64,000 bases of DNA from Tricharina praecox (taxonomy: Eukaryota): NCBI RefSeq assembly GCF_024521635.1, contig NW_026250424.1, positions 1 to 64,000 on the forward strand. The letters are read 5' to 3'. The notes beneath the pieces were generated by a model, which was not told where the DNA came from, searched no databases, and was given only the letters and a program-made list of their open reading frames with translations. Shown here one piece after another: positions 11,646 through 24,797 of this stretch. A program made the position numbers and the translations under genes. The first letter of the stretch is position 1, and each line of letters starts with the position of its first letter.

Positions 11646-14600
11646 ATGTCAGATTTACAGCGGTATCTGCAGGACCTCGAGGTTCATGCGGGTGGAGAAG
11701 CTGTACCGACAACAAGACTTCCAGCTTTACATCCCTCGTCGAGAATTGAGGTCGGCGGTCGGAACGAGCAGATAAGTGTAGATGCCGCATTCGAGGCGGT
11801 GGAGAACTGCGTAGTGGGCTTTGCGCGGTTTATTGGGCTGTTGACGGGCACCGACGAGGTGACGCTGGAGGTCGAGGGAAAAAGCCTTGTTGCGGTTGTG
11901 CGGAGAGATACCGCAACCACAGAGGTCGTGTTGAGACTTGTGGAAGACACGGTGGTGGAGAGTGATTTCGTATTGCGGGTCGAGGTGTGTGGTGTTGTCT
12001 CCGTGCTGGTTGTGAGGTCATTCATTCGTCTGACGGCTGTAGAACACATCAGTATCTCCGGAATCACGATGTCGAACGTCATGCGCTGCGGAAGAAAAGG
12101 TATGCTTCTATGCCCGTAGTCATTGGCAGTGGAGGTGTTAACAGCGCCGAGCAGCCTTTCGTTCTCACCCTCACCTCTACCACACTGGACCTCTCCTATG
12201 CGCCATCCATTGTACCTCCGACGGCAGCAGCACACCTGCTCTCCGCCGTGGCCTCCTACATGCTCCCATCTGCGCCGCTGCCCGATCTCTCCATCCTGAA
12301 CCATTCCGCGCAAAAAGCGCCCTGTAACCCCGTATTCACCCTTCTCCACTCCGGCTTCGAACACGCGGCCGCAACATATCCCAGCCATCCCGCGCTCGAC
12401 TTCCTGACGGGACTTCCAGCCTGCCACGAGGTCTACACGTATGCCGAGCTTAACGCAGTGGCGAACAGAGTAGCGGCGGCAATCCACGCAATGGCGACAG
12501 ATGAACAGCGGATTGTCCCAGTGTATCTGGGCACCTCGCCGCAGCTGTATATCTCGTATCTCGCCATCCTCAAGTCTGGGCGTGCTTTCTGTCCGTTGCC
12601 GATTGATGCGCCGATTGAGGGTCTGAGTGGCATCCTCGCGGATATGGCAAACGGCATTGTCATCGGAAGAGGCGCTGTGCCGGCAAGCATGGAAGGCAGG
12701 TGGCTGGATATCGATGCGGCGATCCGTACTCGCGAATCCGCCACGACCACTCCAATCGCCCCAAGAGAGGTCATGCCGGAAGATATCGCGTACGTCCTCT
12801 ACACCAGCGGCACAGATGGGCGACCGAAGGGCGTGCAGATCTCGCATCTCTCAGCGACGTGTGCGATCGATTCAAACGCGCAAATCCTCCCGCTGTCGAC
12901 GTTTCCCGCCGTGCCTTCGCGGTGGTTCCAGTTTTCCGCACACACTTTTGGCCCCTCAATCCTTGAGATATTCGTCACTTTGTCGTCGGGCGCGACACTG
13001 TGCTCGGCGGAGCGGGAACTGACACTGGCGAACGTGGAAGCGGTGACAACCTCGCTGCGCGCTTCCGTAATGATGGCTACGCCCTCTCTCACGGCCGCGA
13101 TGAAGCCCGCGCAGATGCCCACACTGCGGAGTCTCTGGGCCATGGGCGAAGTCCTTGGTCGACGCGTCATCGACGGCTTTGCCGAGGACTCGCTCATCCG
13201 TGGTATCGTCACCGTGGATGATAGTGAGAATGGACCGAGAGGTCTCACGAACGGATATGGGCCCGCCGAGGGTGCGATAAATTGTACCCTCTTCCCCTTT
13301 CCTGCCGACTACAGAGGTACCATAATTGGGCCTCCGCTGCCAACTTGCTCCCTGTTCGTTATTGACCAGGAGAGTGAGAGGCCATGTCCCCTGCCTCTGG
13401 GATTGGTCGGGGAGTTGGCGATCGGTGGCCCCCAGGTCGCGATCGGGTACCTCAATCGACCCGAGGAGACGGCACGGGCATTTATCGACTCCGAGTTCGG
13501 ACGGCTGTACCGGACAGGTGATAGAGCTCGAGTTGTCTGGACACGTGAGGGGGAACCAGTGATCGAGTTCCTGGGACGCATCAGCGAAATAGCTACAATT
13601 GGTTCCGGTCGAGTGATTCTAGGTGATGTTGATGCGGCAGTGGAAACTGCACGCGGTGTTTCCCAGGTCGCAACAGTTGTATGCTCCTCAAAACAGGGCG
13701 ACAAGCTGGTTACTTGCGTCGTGCCAGCGCCGGGGGGATTTGTGGAGGAGGTGTGCGACGATCTGGTCACGGACATGCTCCCGGCACATATGCGGCCGTG
13801 GAAATATGTCACGTTCCCGGTCTTGCCGACAAACTCAAGCGGAAGATTGGATCGTGCCGCTCTCACGAACGCCGTCGAAGTGGCATTGAAAGACTGCCAC
13901 CCATCCTTCACTCCGGCCACCTCCCTGTCGGCGTCGGGCGATGTAACACCCAGTCCCGAGCGCGCAATATCATACTGGAAAACCCAGCTCGATTCATTCT
14001 CCCCAGAACCATTCCCGCACCTTACCGGTCTCAAGACCAGTGCAATCCGGCAAGTATCCGAGACAGTCGATATCACATCGAAGATCTCGTCCGCCGACCT
14101 TGCGGATAGATCCCGTGCCGTCGATTCATCACCCTTGGCCGCGCTGCAAGCAGCATGGGGACTAATCTTGGCGTCGTACTCCGACACCATGTCTGAGGAT
14201 AACGTCTTCGGCACTGTTCGCATGGGTGTATTCGACACTGGGTCGGGCGTGGTTCCGACACGCATCAATCTGGCGACCATCTCGAAAGAGTCTCCGGCAC
14301 GCGTTGAGTCTGTGCTGCAGCACCTCTCGCGCGCAAACGTCGAGGCGCTACAGCACCTGAAGTTTCCAGCCCAGGCTCTGTCGGGCACTCACGGTGAACC
14401 GCCATATTCCACGGTTCTCGCCTTCGAGACTCCCGCGAGTGATATCCTAAGCACCACCGCGACATCCTTTGCCGTCGTGATTGACGTCCTTCCTGCAGCG
14501 AATGGCTCGTTGAAACTGATAGCGACGTTCAAGGACGAGTTCTTGAGTAGGAGCGGCGCCGAGATCATGTTGCGCCAGATGGATGATGTGTTGATCCACA

Positions 14601-17600
14601 TACTCAGCCACCCAGAGAGCGTGTACACCGACGTGAGATCTGATGTGTCTCCCGAGTTGCGCTGTTCCTTGAATCCCAAGCCTCAGGGCGAGCCGGAGCC
14701 GGAAGATTGTTCTGCACTTCAGCTACACGGGCAATTCGAGGAGCATGCCAAAACTCATCCCAGAGATATTGCTTTCATCTTCAAGTATGATCTCGATGAT
14801 GACTCGTGAGTATTCCCCTGTACTTATGCGAAAAGATCCACTTAGGCTAACACTGGCGTAGTCGCGCGGTCCAATGGACATATGCCGAGCTCAACGAGCG
14901 TGCCGATCGACTTGCCACTTACCTGGTACAGACCTACGGCCCGCTGACCGACTGCTGCATTCCTCTGTGTCTCCACAAATCTCCAGAGCTATACATCTCC
15001 GTCCTCGCGGTCCTCAAGGCCGGCGGAGGATGGTGTCCTATCGATCCCGCTTTCCCAGCGCAGCGCAAGCGTGATCTTATCCTACGCACCAAAGCGAAGC
15101 TTCTCCTGATCACCGACCCTGCGAATGTAGCCGGTGACGCCGTCCCAGCTGGCGTCCCTCTCGTCAACGTCGCCGACGCCCTAAGCCGTATCCCATCCCC
15201 AGACTATGCACTCTTGGCCGAGATCAAAGCCGCAGCGAAATCAAACCATCTAGCCTATCTGATCTGGACCAGCGGCACCACCGGTGCACCGAAGGGTGTT
15301 CCGATCGAGCACCACTCCGGGGTAGCATCAATGAAAGCGTTGCAAGCGGGAGTTTCGCACGACGTCGAAGGTGGTGTGCGACTGCTCCAGTTCGCATCCT
15401 ATACGTTCGATGTATTCATCCAGGATTTGTTCTACGCCTGGGGTGTTGGCGGTGTCCTCATAGCGGCTACGCAAGAGATCACGTTCGGAAATATCGCCGG
15501 GCTGGCGAACAAGACGAACGCGACTCACGCACACCTGACTCCTGCCTATTCCGCTGGAGTACCCAGGAGCTCGTGCCCCACTTTCCAGGTCATCACGATG
15601 ATCGGTGAGAAACTGACGCAGAATGTCGCCGACGACTGGGCCGTCAATATGAGGGCGTACAATACCTACGGACCTGCCGAGGCAACCGTCGTGTCTACGA
15701 TGCGCCAGTTCGGTGGAGTCGAAGACCCTGTCAAGGCCGAGAACGTCGGTATTCCCCTTCCGACGGTTTCCTGCCACGTCCTGCGCAACGGCCGCGTGAC
15801 GATGCTCGGAGGAGTCGGCGAGCTGGCGCTGGGAGGATCCCATCTCGCGCGTGGATATCTCGACGACTCGGAGAAGACGAACGCCAAGTTCATCTGGGAC
15901 GAGGAACTGCAAGAGCGCATCTACCTGACCGGCGATATCGTCCGTTTCCTTCACGACGGATCAATCGAATTCGTTGGTCGCACGGACGATCAGGTGAAGC
16001 TAGGAGGAATCCGTGTCGAGCTGAGTGAGATCAGTGCCGCAATGTTCAAATGCCATCCACTCGCCGACCGCGTAGAGACAATGTTCATCAACCGTCGCGA
16101 CCGTCCCAACAAGATCATTGTCACGTTCGTTGCAGCGTCTCAGCTCGCCATGTCGGACCTCAAGCCGAACACAGCCATCACGGGCGACGGTGCAGTGGAA
16201 GTCGCTCTTGCTGCCCGAGCCCAAGCACAGGAAATTCTGCCCGAGTACATGGTTCCGGGCCTGATTATGGTTATTCCTTTCGTGCCGCAAACCCCGTCGG
16301 CAAAGATTGACCGCAAAGCACTATCGGCAACCTACGAATCGATCGACTTGACTGAGTGGGATCTGAAACTGAATCCCGTCCCCAAGCAGCCAGTGCAGGA
16401 ATCTCGATCGGTTGTGGAGAGCGTTGTCATCAAGCAGATTGCCGTCTTGTCGGGCATGGAAATTGATTCCATCAATCTCAACGCATCTCTTCGGTCTTTG
16501 GGTATCGACTCCATCCGTGCCATTCAACTCGCCGCTTGGATGAAAAAACGCGGCTACACTCTCTCAGTGCTCAACATCATCGAGAGCCGAACCATCAAAG
16601 AGCTAGTAGCCTGCATTAAAGTCGAAAACGACGGAAGCGAAAAGGAAATCTCCTCTGGGAAGCTCGAGAAATTTGACGAGCTATGGCACCATTCCGTTGC
16701 CCTGAAGATGGGAGACGGTGCTGAGTTCGCCGTGCTCCCCTGCTCTCCGCTCCAGGAGGGCCTGTTGGGCGAAACGATGAAGAACCCATCAGCGTACTGG
16801 AGCAACAACTTCTTCACTCTCAGCCGCAAGATTGATCTCGACCGGCTTCACCGAGCTTGGTGCCAAGTAGCCGAACAGACGGAAGCTTTGCGTGCAGCAT
16901 TTATTCCAACAGCTGAGCTCTCTCACCAGGATCCTGTGTCAAGGACGTTCGTGCAGATCGTCTACAAGCAACATCCAGGTGTCGAGTGGAAGAAAGTATC
17001 CAATTCGGTTGATAATCTGCGGGATGAAGCGAAGAGACACGCAGCGGAGATCACCCAGAGAAACCATGAGAGGGCATATAACGCTCCGCTTTGGGCTGTG
17101 ACAATATTTGAGCGCGATGAGCACTCGGTGATGATGTGGTCACTGCATCACGCATTGCACGATGCGGCGTCGCTGGGGTTCATCATCGGCGACGTGCAGG
17201 CCGCTTATCTGGGTTATAACATCGTCCCAAGATCCCAATTGACGGATGCGCTGCGTCTCACAATAACGGAAGAGGAGGCAGACGAGAAGAAGAACGAGGA
17301 ATTTTGGACAGAAGAGTTGAAAGATTTTGTAGACCCAGAGGCAATCGGCTTCCCCGATCTCACAGGCAAGAAGCCAGACCCATCGAAAGGTACGATACTC
17401 CGAGAGATATCCCGAAGCAACAGAAATTGACTGCCGTGAGTAGGTCGCAAAGTATACCTCGAAACCGAGTGCAGAATATCAGCCACAGATATCCAGGCCT
17501 TTGCACCACACTTTGATCCCACGTCACTCATATCCATCGTTCGGGCTGCCTGGGGCTGTACGCTCGCCGGCTACCTCGAGACCTCGAACATCGTGATCGG

Positions 17601-20600
17601 GGAGACCCTCTCCGAGCGCATTCAGGACGCCACACTATCCAACACTATTGCGCCGCTCATCAGTGTCGTCCCAGTCCCCATCCAGGCACACGCAACCGCA
17701 CGCGAGATTCTCGAAAACCAATCACGTCTCTCGCGTGATGTGTGGAAACACCGGCACATTCTTCCCACCACTATGCGCAAAGTGCTGCAGCGACCGCAGT
17801 CCGGCGCTCTGTACCCAGCCATGTTCGTGTTCCACCCCAACTCCGAAGGTGCTTCGGAGGTCATTTCGGCGATCTGGACGCCAATGGAGGATATCGTCGG
17901 GCTTTCGGTCGAGCACGGTCTTGCGCTGGACGTGTTCATCGAGGCGGACGGTCAATACCGGCTGGTCTTCTCTGCCGAGGAAAGCCTTATGGGAAACGCT
18001 CAGCTGGAACTTCTCATGCGCCAGGTGGAGGCCTACGTCAAGTTAATGGCCATGCATGCCGATATGCCCGTACCAGAGCTCGTCCCATCATTTCCGGAAG
18101 AGCTGCTGTCGATCGCCCGTCCAGTTGTTAGCGAGGCCGTTCGCAGTGCCTATGAGACCGACCCGATGTCTTGGGTTGAGTACTACGCCGAGAAGCATCC
18201 AGAGTGGCTAGCGGCAGAGGTTGCCGATTCCATCACCAGCGAGGGAGCGCAAACCAGAGCTTGGAGCTACGCACAACTCAACGCGCAGGCCAATCGCATC
18301 GCAGGTTTTATCGACTCATGCGATATTGGCCGGAATCGAATGGTTGCACTCTGTCTCCCACGGACGCTCGAAGCGTATGCTCCGATCGCCGGTGTATTCA
18401 AGGCTGGGTGTGGTTATCTTTCGATCGACGAAGGACTCCCCGCAGAGCGTAAAGGTCTGCTGTTGGAAGACAGCAACGCGGGAATCCTGTTTACAACCAC
18501 CGAGTTGATAAAAACCTTCCCCGAGCTCCCTGCCGGCGTGGTAACTATCAATATCGACGATCCCGAGTTCGTCACGATGCTGGCGACCTACAGCGCAGTC
18601 AACAGAAGCCGAGACACGCGCCGCGATGACATTTCCTACCTTCTGTACACATCCGGTTCCACCGGGAAGCCAAAGGGCGTCCAGGTCTCTCGCGGTAATC
18701 TGAGTGCCTTCGTCGAGGCACAGTCCGACTTCATATGTCGCGAGGTACCCGCTACCCTCGAGCTTGGAGGGAAAGGAAAATATCTCGGCCTTGCTAGTAG
18801 AGCTTTCGATGTGCACGTCGCAGAGATGTTTTTGGCGTGGCGCCACGGCTTGGCCACTGTTACCGCACTGCGATCGATGCTCCTCGATGACATCGGACTG
18901 GCACTTGCCCAGCTGAAAGTTACTCACGCCAGCTTTGTGCCATCGCTCCTCGATCAAGCGGATCTTGTACCTGCGGACGTTCCAACCCTCCGCTTCATGG
19001 GTGTTGGTGGCGAGAAGATCTCGCAGCGCGTGTTGGACACCTGGGCAGCCAGTAAAACTGTCTCTCTCGTCAATGCCTACGGTCCGACGGAAGTCACCAT
19101 CTGTTGCAGTTCTTTGCGCGTCAGCCCCGATTCAACCGTAAGGAACATCGGACACTTGATCGGAAATCTCGTCGGTTACGTCTTCGTTCCCGGAACTTTC
19201 ATCCCCACAAAGCGCGGACAGCCCGGAGAGCTATGTGTCAGCGGTGACCTCGTAGCCCTCGGCTACTACCAACGGCCAGAGGCAAAGGGCTTCGTCGATT
19301 ACAATGGCGCACGCCTCTACCGCACCGGTGACATGGTGCGCCTTCTATCCGGCGATGCTATCGAGTACCTCGGACGCAGCGATGACCAAGCCAAGATCCG
19401 TGGTCAGAGACTAGAACTTGGAGAGGTTTCGGAGGGAATTCGTGCTTCGGCGAAGGAAGAGCTGGATGTTGCCACTCTCATCCTCCAGCATCCGGAATTG
19501 TCGCGGCCACAACTCGCGTGTTTTGTCGCCCGGTCAGCTGATCGTGCTACATTTTCGGGCCACGCCCCCCAGTTCCTGGTGAAGGACTACCAAGTCTTCG
19601 CCCTCGAGTTGCAGGCTGGATGTCGGCAGAAGCTGCCTGCATACATGGTGCCCGATGTCGTGATCCCGATCAACATCATGCCACTCGCCCCGATGTCCGG
19701 AAAAGCGGACGCAAAACTGCTCAAAGCTTTGTTTTCTGGGATTCCGCTTTCAGATCTACTTCGAGGATCTGGTGTCCGGCAGAGTGCCGCCTCACGGGAG
19801 TTGACGCAAGCTGAGATGGAGATCCGGGATATGATCGCGAAGATCATCAAGATTGAGCCGGATCACGTTTTCCATGCCTCCAACATTTTCGAGCTCGGCA
19901 TTGATAGTCTCAGCGCGATCACCCTCTCGTTGAAGATGAAGAACATCGGCTACAACTCATCAGTTGCCAGCGTTCTCGGACATCCCACCATCGAAGAACT
20001 TGCCGCCCTGCCACGCAATACCGTCGCCAGAGAAAATTCAGCTGAAAACGAGCTTCTATTCGCTCGGGAGCAGCTACGGGTTTTTGATGAGCAATTGCGA
20101 CCACGTATTTCTTCGATAGTTGGTGTTTCCGCAGCCCCCATTGCGGCGGTGAGACCTACTTTGCCGCTGCAGGAGGGAATCATCGCACGGTCGATAAACA
20201 GCGAGAGCGGGCCCATCTATGTCAATCACGTCATCCTCAAGCTGGGTAGCGAGGTGGACCTGGAGAAACTCCGTCAGGCATGGAAGGAAACCATCGATAG
20301 CAACGAGATCCTACGCACATGCTTCTGCCAACCCGACGATGCGTTCGTCCAGGTCGTTCTCTCTGCTGGTACTCTCGAAGAAGAATGGCAGGAGTCTTCC
20401 GCCGAGACAGTCGATGATGCTCTCGCCGCTTTCCGTCGCCGACAGAATGACGTTGCCACGGAGATTATTTCTCAGCTTCATCAGAGACCGCCGCTGAGAC
20501 TCAACCTGTCGCGCACTAGGTCTGACTCGTCCCTGCTGTTCATCTCGATGCATCACTCGATCTATGATGGCGAGTCCTTCATGATGTTGTTGGACGAGGT

Positions 20601-23600
20601 TTCCAGACACTATCAATCCACAGCAGTCCCTGAGCGGGTCGCCTTCAGCTCGTTCCTTGAGCATTTGGCATCTCAGAGCATCGAGAAGGCGAAGGATTTC
20701 TGGACTAACTCCCTCACTGATTGCCGCTCCACATTGCTGTCAACGGAGACAGGGTATCGCAAAGAAGAGGAGGTCTTCTTCTCCGAACATGTGATGTCAC
20801 GTCCACTTTCTGCGCTTGAAGCGTGCGCGTCGAGCATGCGGTGCACCTTGCCATCGCTGGCACAGTTAGTCTTCGGTATCCTCCTGGCCCAGCGCGTTGG
20901 CCACAATGATGTCATCTTCGGCTCTGTCCTCTCGGGCCGCACGGCAACTGTGGACCTCGCCGAGATGATATTGGCACCCTTAGTCACCACGATCCCGCAA
21001 CGTGTCAAGCTCCAGAGCGGCACGTCAACGATCGCCGAGTTGGCAGAGGATTACCAAAAGTCGAACGCTCTGTGCTTGGAGTACCAGCACATCTCGTTGA
21101 GACAGATTCAGCGCTGGGCCGGTGCTGACAAACCGTTGTTTGACACCCTGTTTTCGTTCACCCGCAAGGTGGCCACTCCCGGTGCTGGCTTGTGGGAGGA
21201 GATTGAGAGTGCAACCGTGGCGGACTACCCTTTTGCCATTGAGTTCGAGGCGGATACGGAAGAGAACAAGTTGGTTGCGCGCGTGGGCTTCACGCCGTCG
21301 TACGGAACTGCGGCAGAGGTGAAGGTAGTATTGGAGAAGTTTGATTTCCTGCTTCAGGAGATCGAGCATGGGCATGCAACGTTGAAGCTTAGCAGTCTGG
21401 GTGTGTCGGACTTGAATACTGACATCGAGGACCGCAAAACGGATGTTTACGATGAAGTCTCGTGGTCTTCTACAGAGACCACCATGCGCGAACTTGCTGC
21501 AGAGATTTGCCAGCTTCCACTCGCTCAAATTACTAAAGGTGCGACGTTTTATAGCCTGGGCATCGACTCCGTCACTGCTATCCGGTTCGCTCGCAGACTG
21601 AGGGAGATGGATATCGCGGTGTCATCATCGGACGTGATTCGCTTCCCCTCGATCGGTGCACTGTCAAGGCATGTGGCGCAGGTGGAGGATGAGGCCAGTC
21701 CTTCGGTGGAAGCGCCAGCCATCAATATCACCGAAGCATTGAAACGAAGCAACATCGAAGTTGACTACGAGTCAATTGAAGCCGTCTATACTTGCACGCC
21801 ACTTCAGAGTGGAATGATAACCCAAACACTTGCGTCCGATGGCCGACTCTATGTCCACCACCATTGCGTCAAACTAGACTCCAGCGTCGATCTGCTTCGG
21901 CTTCAGAGCTCCTGGTTTAATGTGGTTGAGAAGACTGATGTCCTTCGCACGTCATTCTATCACTCGCCCACATCCGAAAATCCCTGGACAGCGCTGGTCC
22001 GCAAAACATCGCCCGCAAAAGTGATAGAGGACGATGCTTCCGTCTCTTTTGACCAGACTCTGGCAGACATCGTGAATAACGTGGTATTTACCGAAGAACA
22101 CGACTTCCACAATCCTCCTGCTCAGGCCAGGATCGTCCGAACCCCGACGGACAATTACTTCGTCCTTTCCCTTCATCACAGTCTTTACGACGGTGTTTCA
22201 ATTCCATTTGTTTTCCACGATTTGGCATCGGCTTATCTTGAGGGCTGTAAGTTCACCCCCACATCATTCCGAAAAACCGGAAGTTAATAATCGCAGCTTT
22301 TCCTCGCCGCCGCCCCTTTTCCGACGCTGCGGCCCTCATCGCTCAGCGCAAAGACGATGCGGCCGAATACTGGCTTCGCACCATCTCGGATTATTCGGTC
22401 ATTCACCTAGCCCGTTTAACCGAGGGCGAGAGCTCGTCCGCGATCCACCAAGCATCGAAGACGCTGGGCCCAACCACCGCCGAAATCTTAGCCGGCTGCA
22501 AGAGCCTGGGAGTTACGCTTCAGAGCGTGCTACTTTTGGCCTGGGGCAAGACGCTGTCTTCGCTCGTTGGCCGTCGCGACATCGTGTTTGGCCAGGTCGT
22601 TTCCGGTCGTACTTTGCCGCTCGACGGAGTGGAAGGCATCTCTGGTCCCCTCTTCAACACCGTTCCTATGCGCATCCGGCTTCCGAACAACCTGCAGACC
22701 AACGAGAGCGCTGTATCGCAGATCCAACTTGCCGCCGCCGAGTCGCAGGTCCATCAACACGCATCCCTGCGCACCATCCAGAACAGGTGGCGTGCGGTAA
22801 GCGGCGGCACCGCTGGAGTTCTCTTCGACACACTGTTAGTGTTCCAAAAGGTGGAGGAGGACGATCGGGAAACCTCTAGTCTCTGGACTCCGGTTGAAGT
22901 GGAGACTGGTGAAGTGCAAGCGGAATATCCCCTCAACATCGAGATTGTTCAGGGAACTCAAAATGTGGTTCTGCAAGCTGCAGCTCAAGGAGAGTTTATG
23001 ACAAATGAGAAGTTAAAAGACGTCTTGGAGGAACTTTCCTTGACGGTACTGGATATCCTACAGAACCCCGCTCGCTTCGCAACTGCTTTCCCTGCCAGTC
23101 TGCACACTCTTCCGGTCGTCATCTCCGACTCGATCGCCGTGAAGGGTGACGCGTTAGATGCAAGGACCGAGTTCAACCCCGATGAGGCCGCGATCAGAAA
23201 GATCATCTCAGAGATTGCTTCTTTCCCGAGTGAAAACATCACCCTCCGTGTAAGTATCTACGCGTACGGCATTGACTCCATATCGGCCATTCGCGTCGCT
23301 GCGGCGTGTCGCAAGCAGGGAATTAAGCTCAGCGTCGCCGACATCCTCCAGGGAGGTTCCATCGAGGGCATCTGTGCACGATTCGCCAGACTTCAGAAGC
23401 CTCCGACTTCAGAAGAGGCCACTGTTCTTGTGTCACCGGTCGAAAAGGATCGCGCCCTCGCCATCCTCAGTCTCTCCGATGATGCGGTGGAGACAGTACT
23501 ACCCGTCCTTGCTGGCCAATTCTTTCATCTCGAGGGTTGGCTCAAGTGCGGACGGACGTCCTACCAGCCGACCTGGACTTTTGCGGCAAAAGAGCGTCTG

Positions 23601-24797
23601 AATATCGACCGTCTCCAGGTGGCATGGCAGGCACTACTCCACCGCCACCAAATCCTCCGCACCGCCTTTGCCGCCGTCTCGCCCGAGAAGGTGTTGCAGG
23701 TTATCCTGAAGCCTTCCACTCTGGCCGAGTCGCATGGGTGGTCTTTCGAGGAAGTAGAAGGGGAAGCGACTCCCGCCGTGAAGAAGGCGGTGTACGACCT
23801 GGCACACTCCCCGCTGGATATGTTTACCCCTCCTGTCAGGCTGACGGTCCTCCGCGGAGACGACTTTGACGCGGTGCTATTCAACTTCCATCACGCCGTG
23901 TACGATGCCTGGAGCATGCCTTCGCTGATCTCGGACTTGATCTCACTCTACTCGGGAACCGGATGCACGTCGAATGCCGCGTTCGCGACCTTCGCCGAGT
24001 TCGTTGCAACCACGCGCTCCAAGTCGGAAGAAGAATCATACTGGAAGGCGTCTCTAGCCGCAGCCGAGTCGACCGTGATCGGGCCTACCTACAACGCATC
24101 GCCATGTGCGTCCGCCGAGCAAACACTCCTGATCGTCCCCGGCGTCGTCGAGAACTACACGTCACTTGAAGCGCGCTGCAAGACCGCTGGCATGGCGTTA
24201 TCGAGCCTCGTTCTCACCTCTTTCTCGCGCGTTCTCGCCGCCATGACAGAAACGCGAAACCCCACCTTCGGCATCTACCAAGTGGGCCGATCCGCCTCCT
24301 TTGACGGGCTGGAGACGCTAGCGGGCCCCTGCCTGAACCTGCTCCCACTCACCGTTCCCGCGGACCTGTCAGCTCGTGACGCAGCAAAAACGATCCAAGC
24401 CGAACTCGGCAGCCGATCGGCATTCGAGCAGACGTCTGTCCGCGACGTCCTCCGGTACCACTCCGGCCCGCCGCTCGAGTTCAACGTCTTTGTCAATCTC
24501 CTCTGGCACACGGAGAAGATGCGCGAGGATCCGGCGGCGCTGCTGAAACATATCACGGTGGGCGCGCCCGCGGATTTCTGCAGTGAGGGGCCGTTGAACG
24601 GAATTACCGCGCTGGATGCCCTCGATGTAACGGGATTTCCGCGCCATCCGGTCTTTGTCGACCTCGGGCCGAACTTGGAGACGGATACCATCGATTTCGG
24701 GGTTAGGTGCGATAGGGTGCTGATGAACGAAGAGGAGGTGCAAGCGTTTGTGGCAAGGGTGGGCGAAGAGTTGATGGCTGCGGTAGAGGAATTGTAG
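11646..24797 (+). CDS. sidC: Ferrichrome-type siderophore NRPS (SidC/NPS2 family), ~4292 aa; architecture dA-(partial C)-A-T-C-A-T-C-T-C-T-C. Exons 11646-11984, 12043-12099, 12155-14805, 14862-17389, 17444-22246, 22297-24797
   Basis: Three A-domain folds, four T domains (LGIDSI, LGIDSL, LGIDSV, YGIDSI) and four full C domains (HHALHD, HHSIYD, HHSLYD, HHAVYD). The terminal T-C-T-C repeats are typical of ferrichrome synthetases. Five GT-AG introns link the ORF fragments in frame; the first two are less certain. Confidence 0.9.

Noticed and set aside
11646..24797. NRPS split over several ORFs, suggesting frameshifts or a pseudogene
   Set aside because: Each break coincides with a 50-58-nt GT-AG intron whose removal restores one continuous frame.
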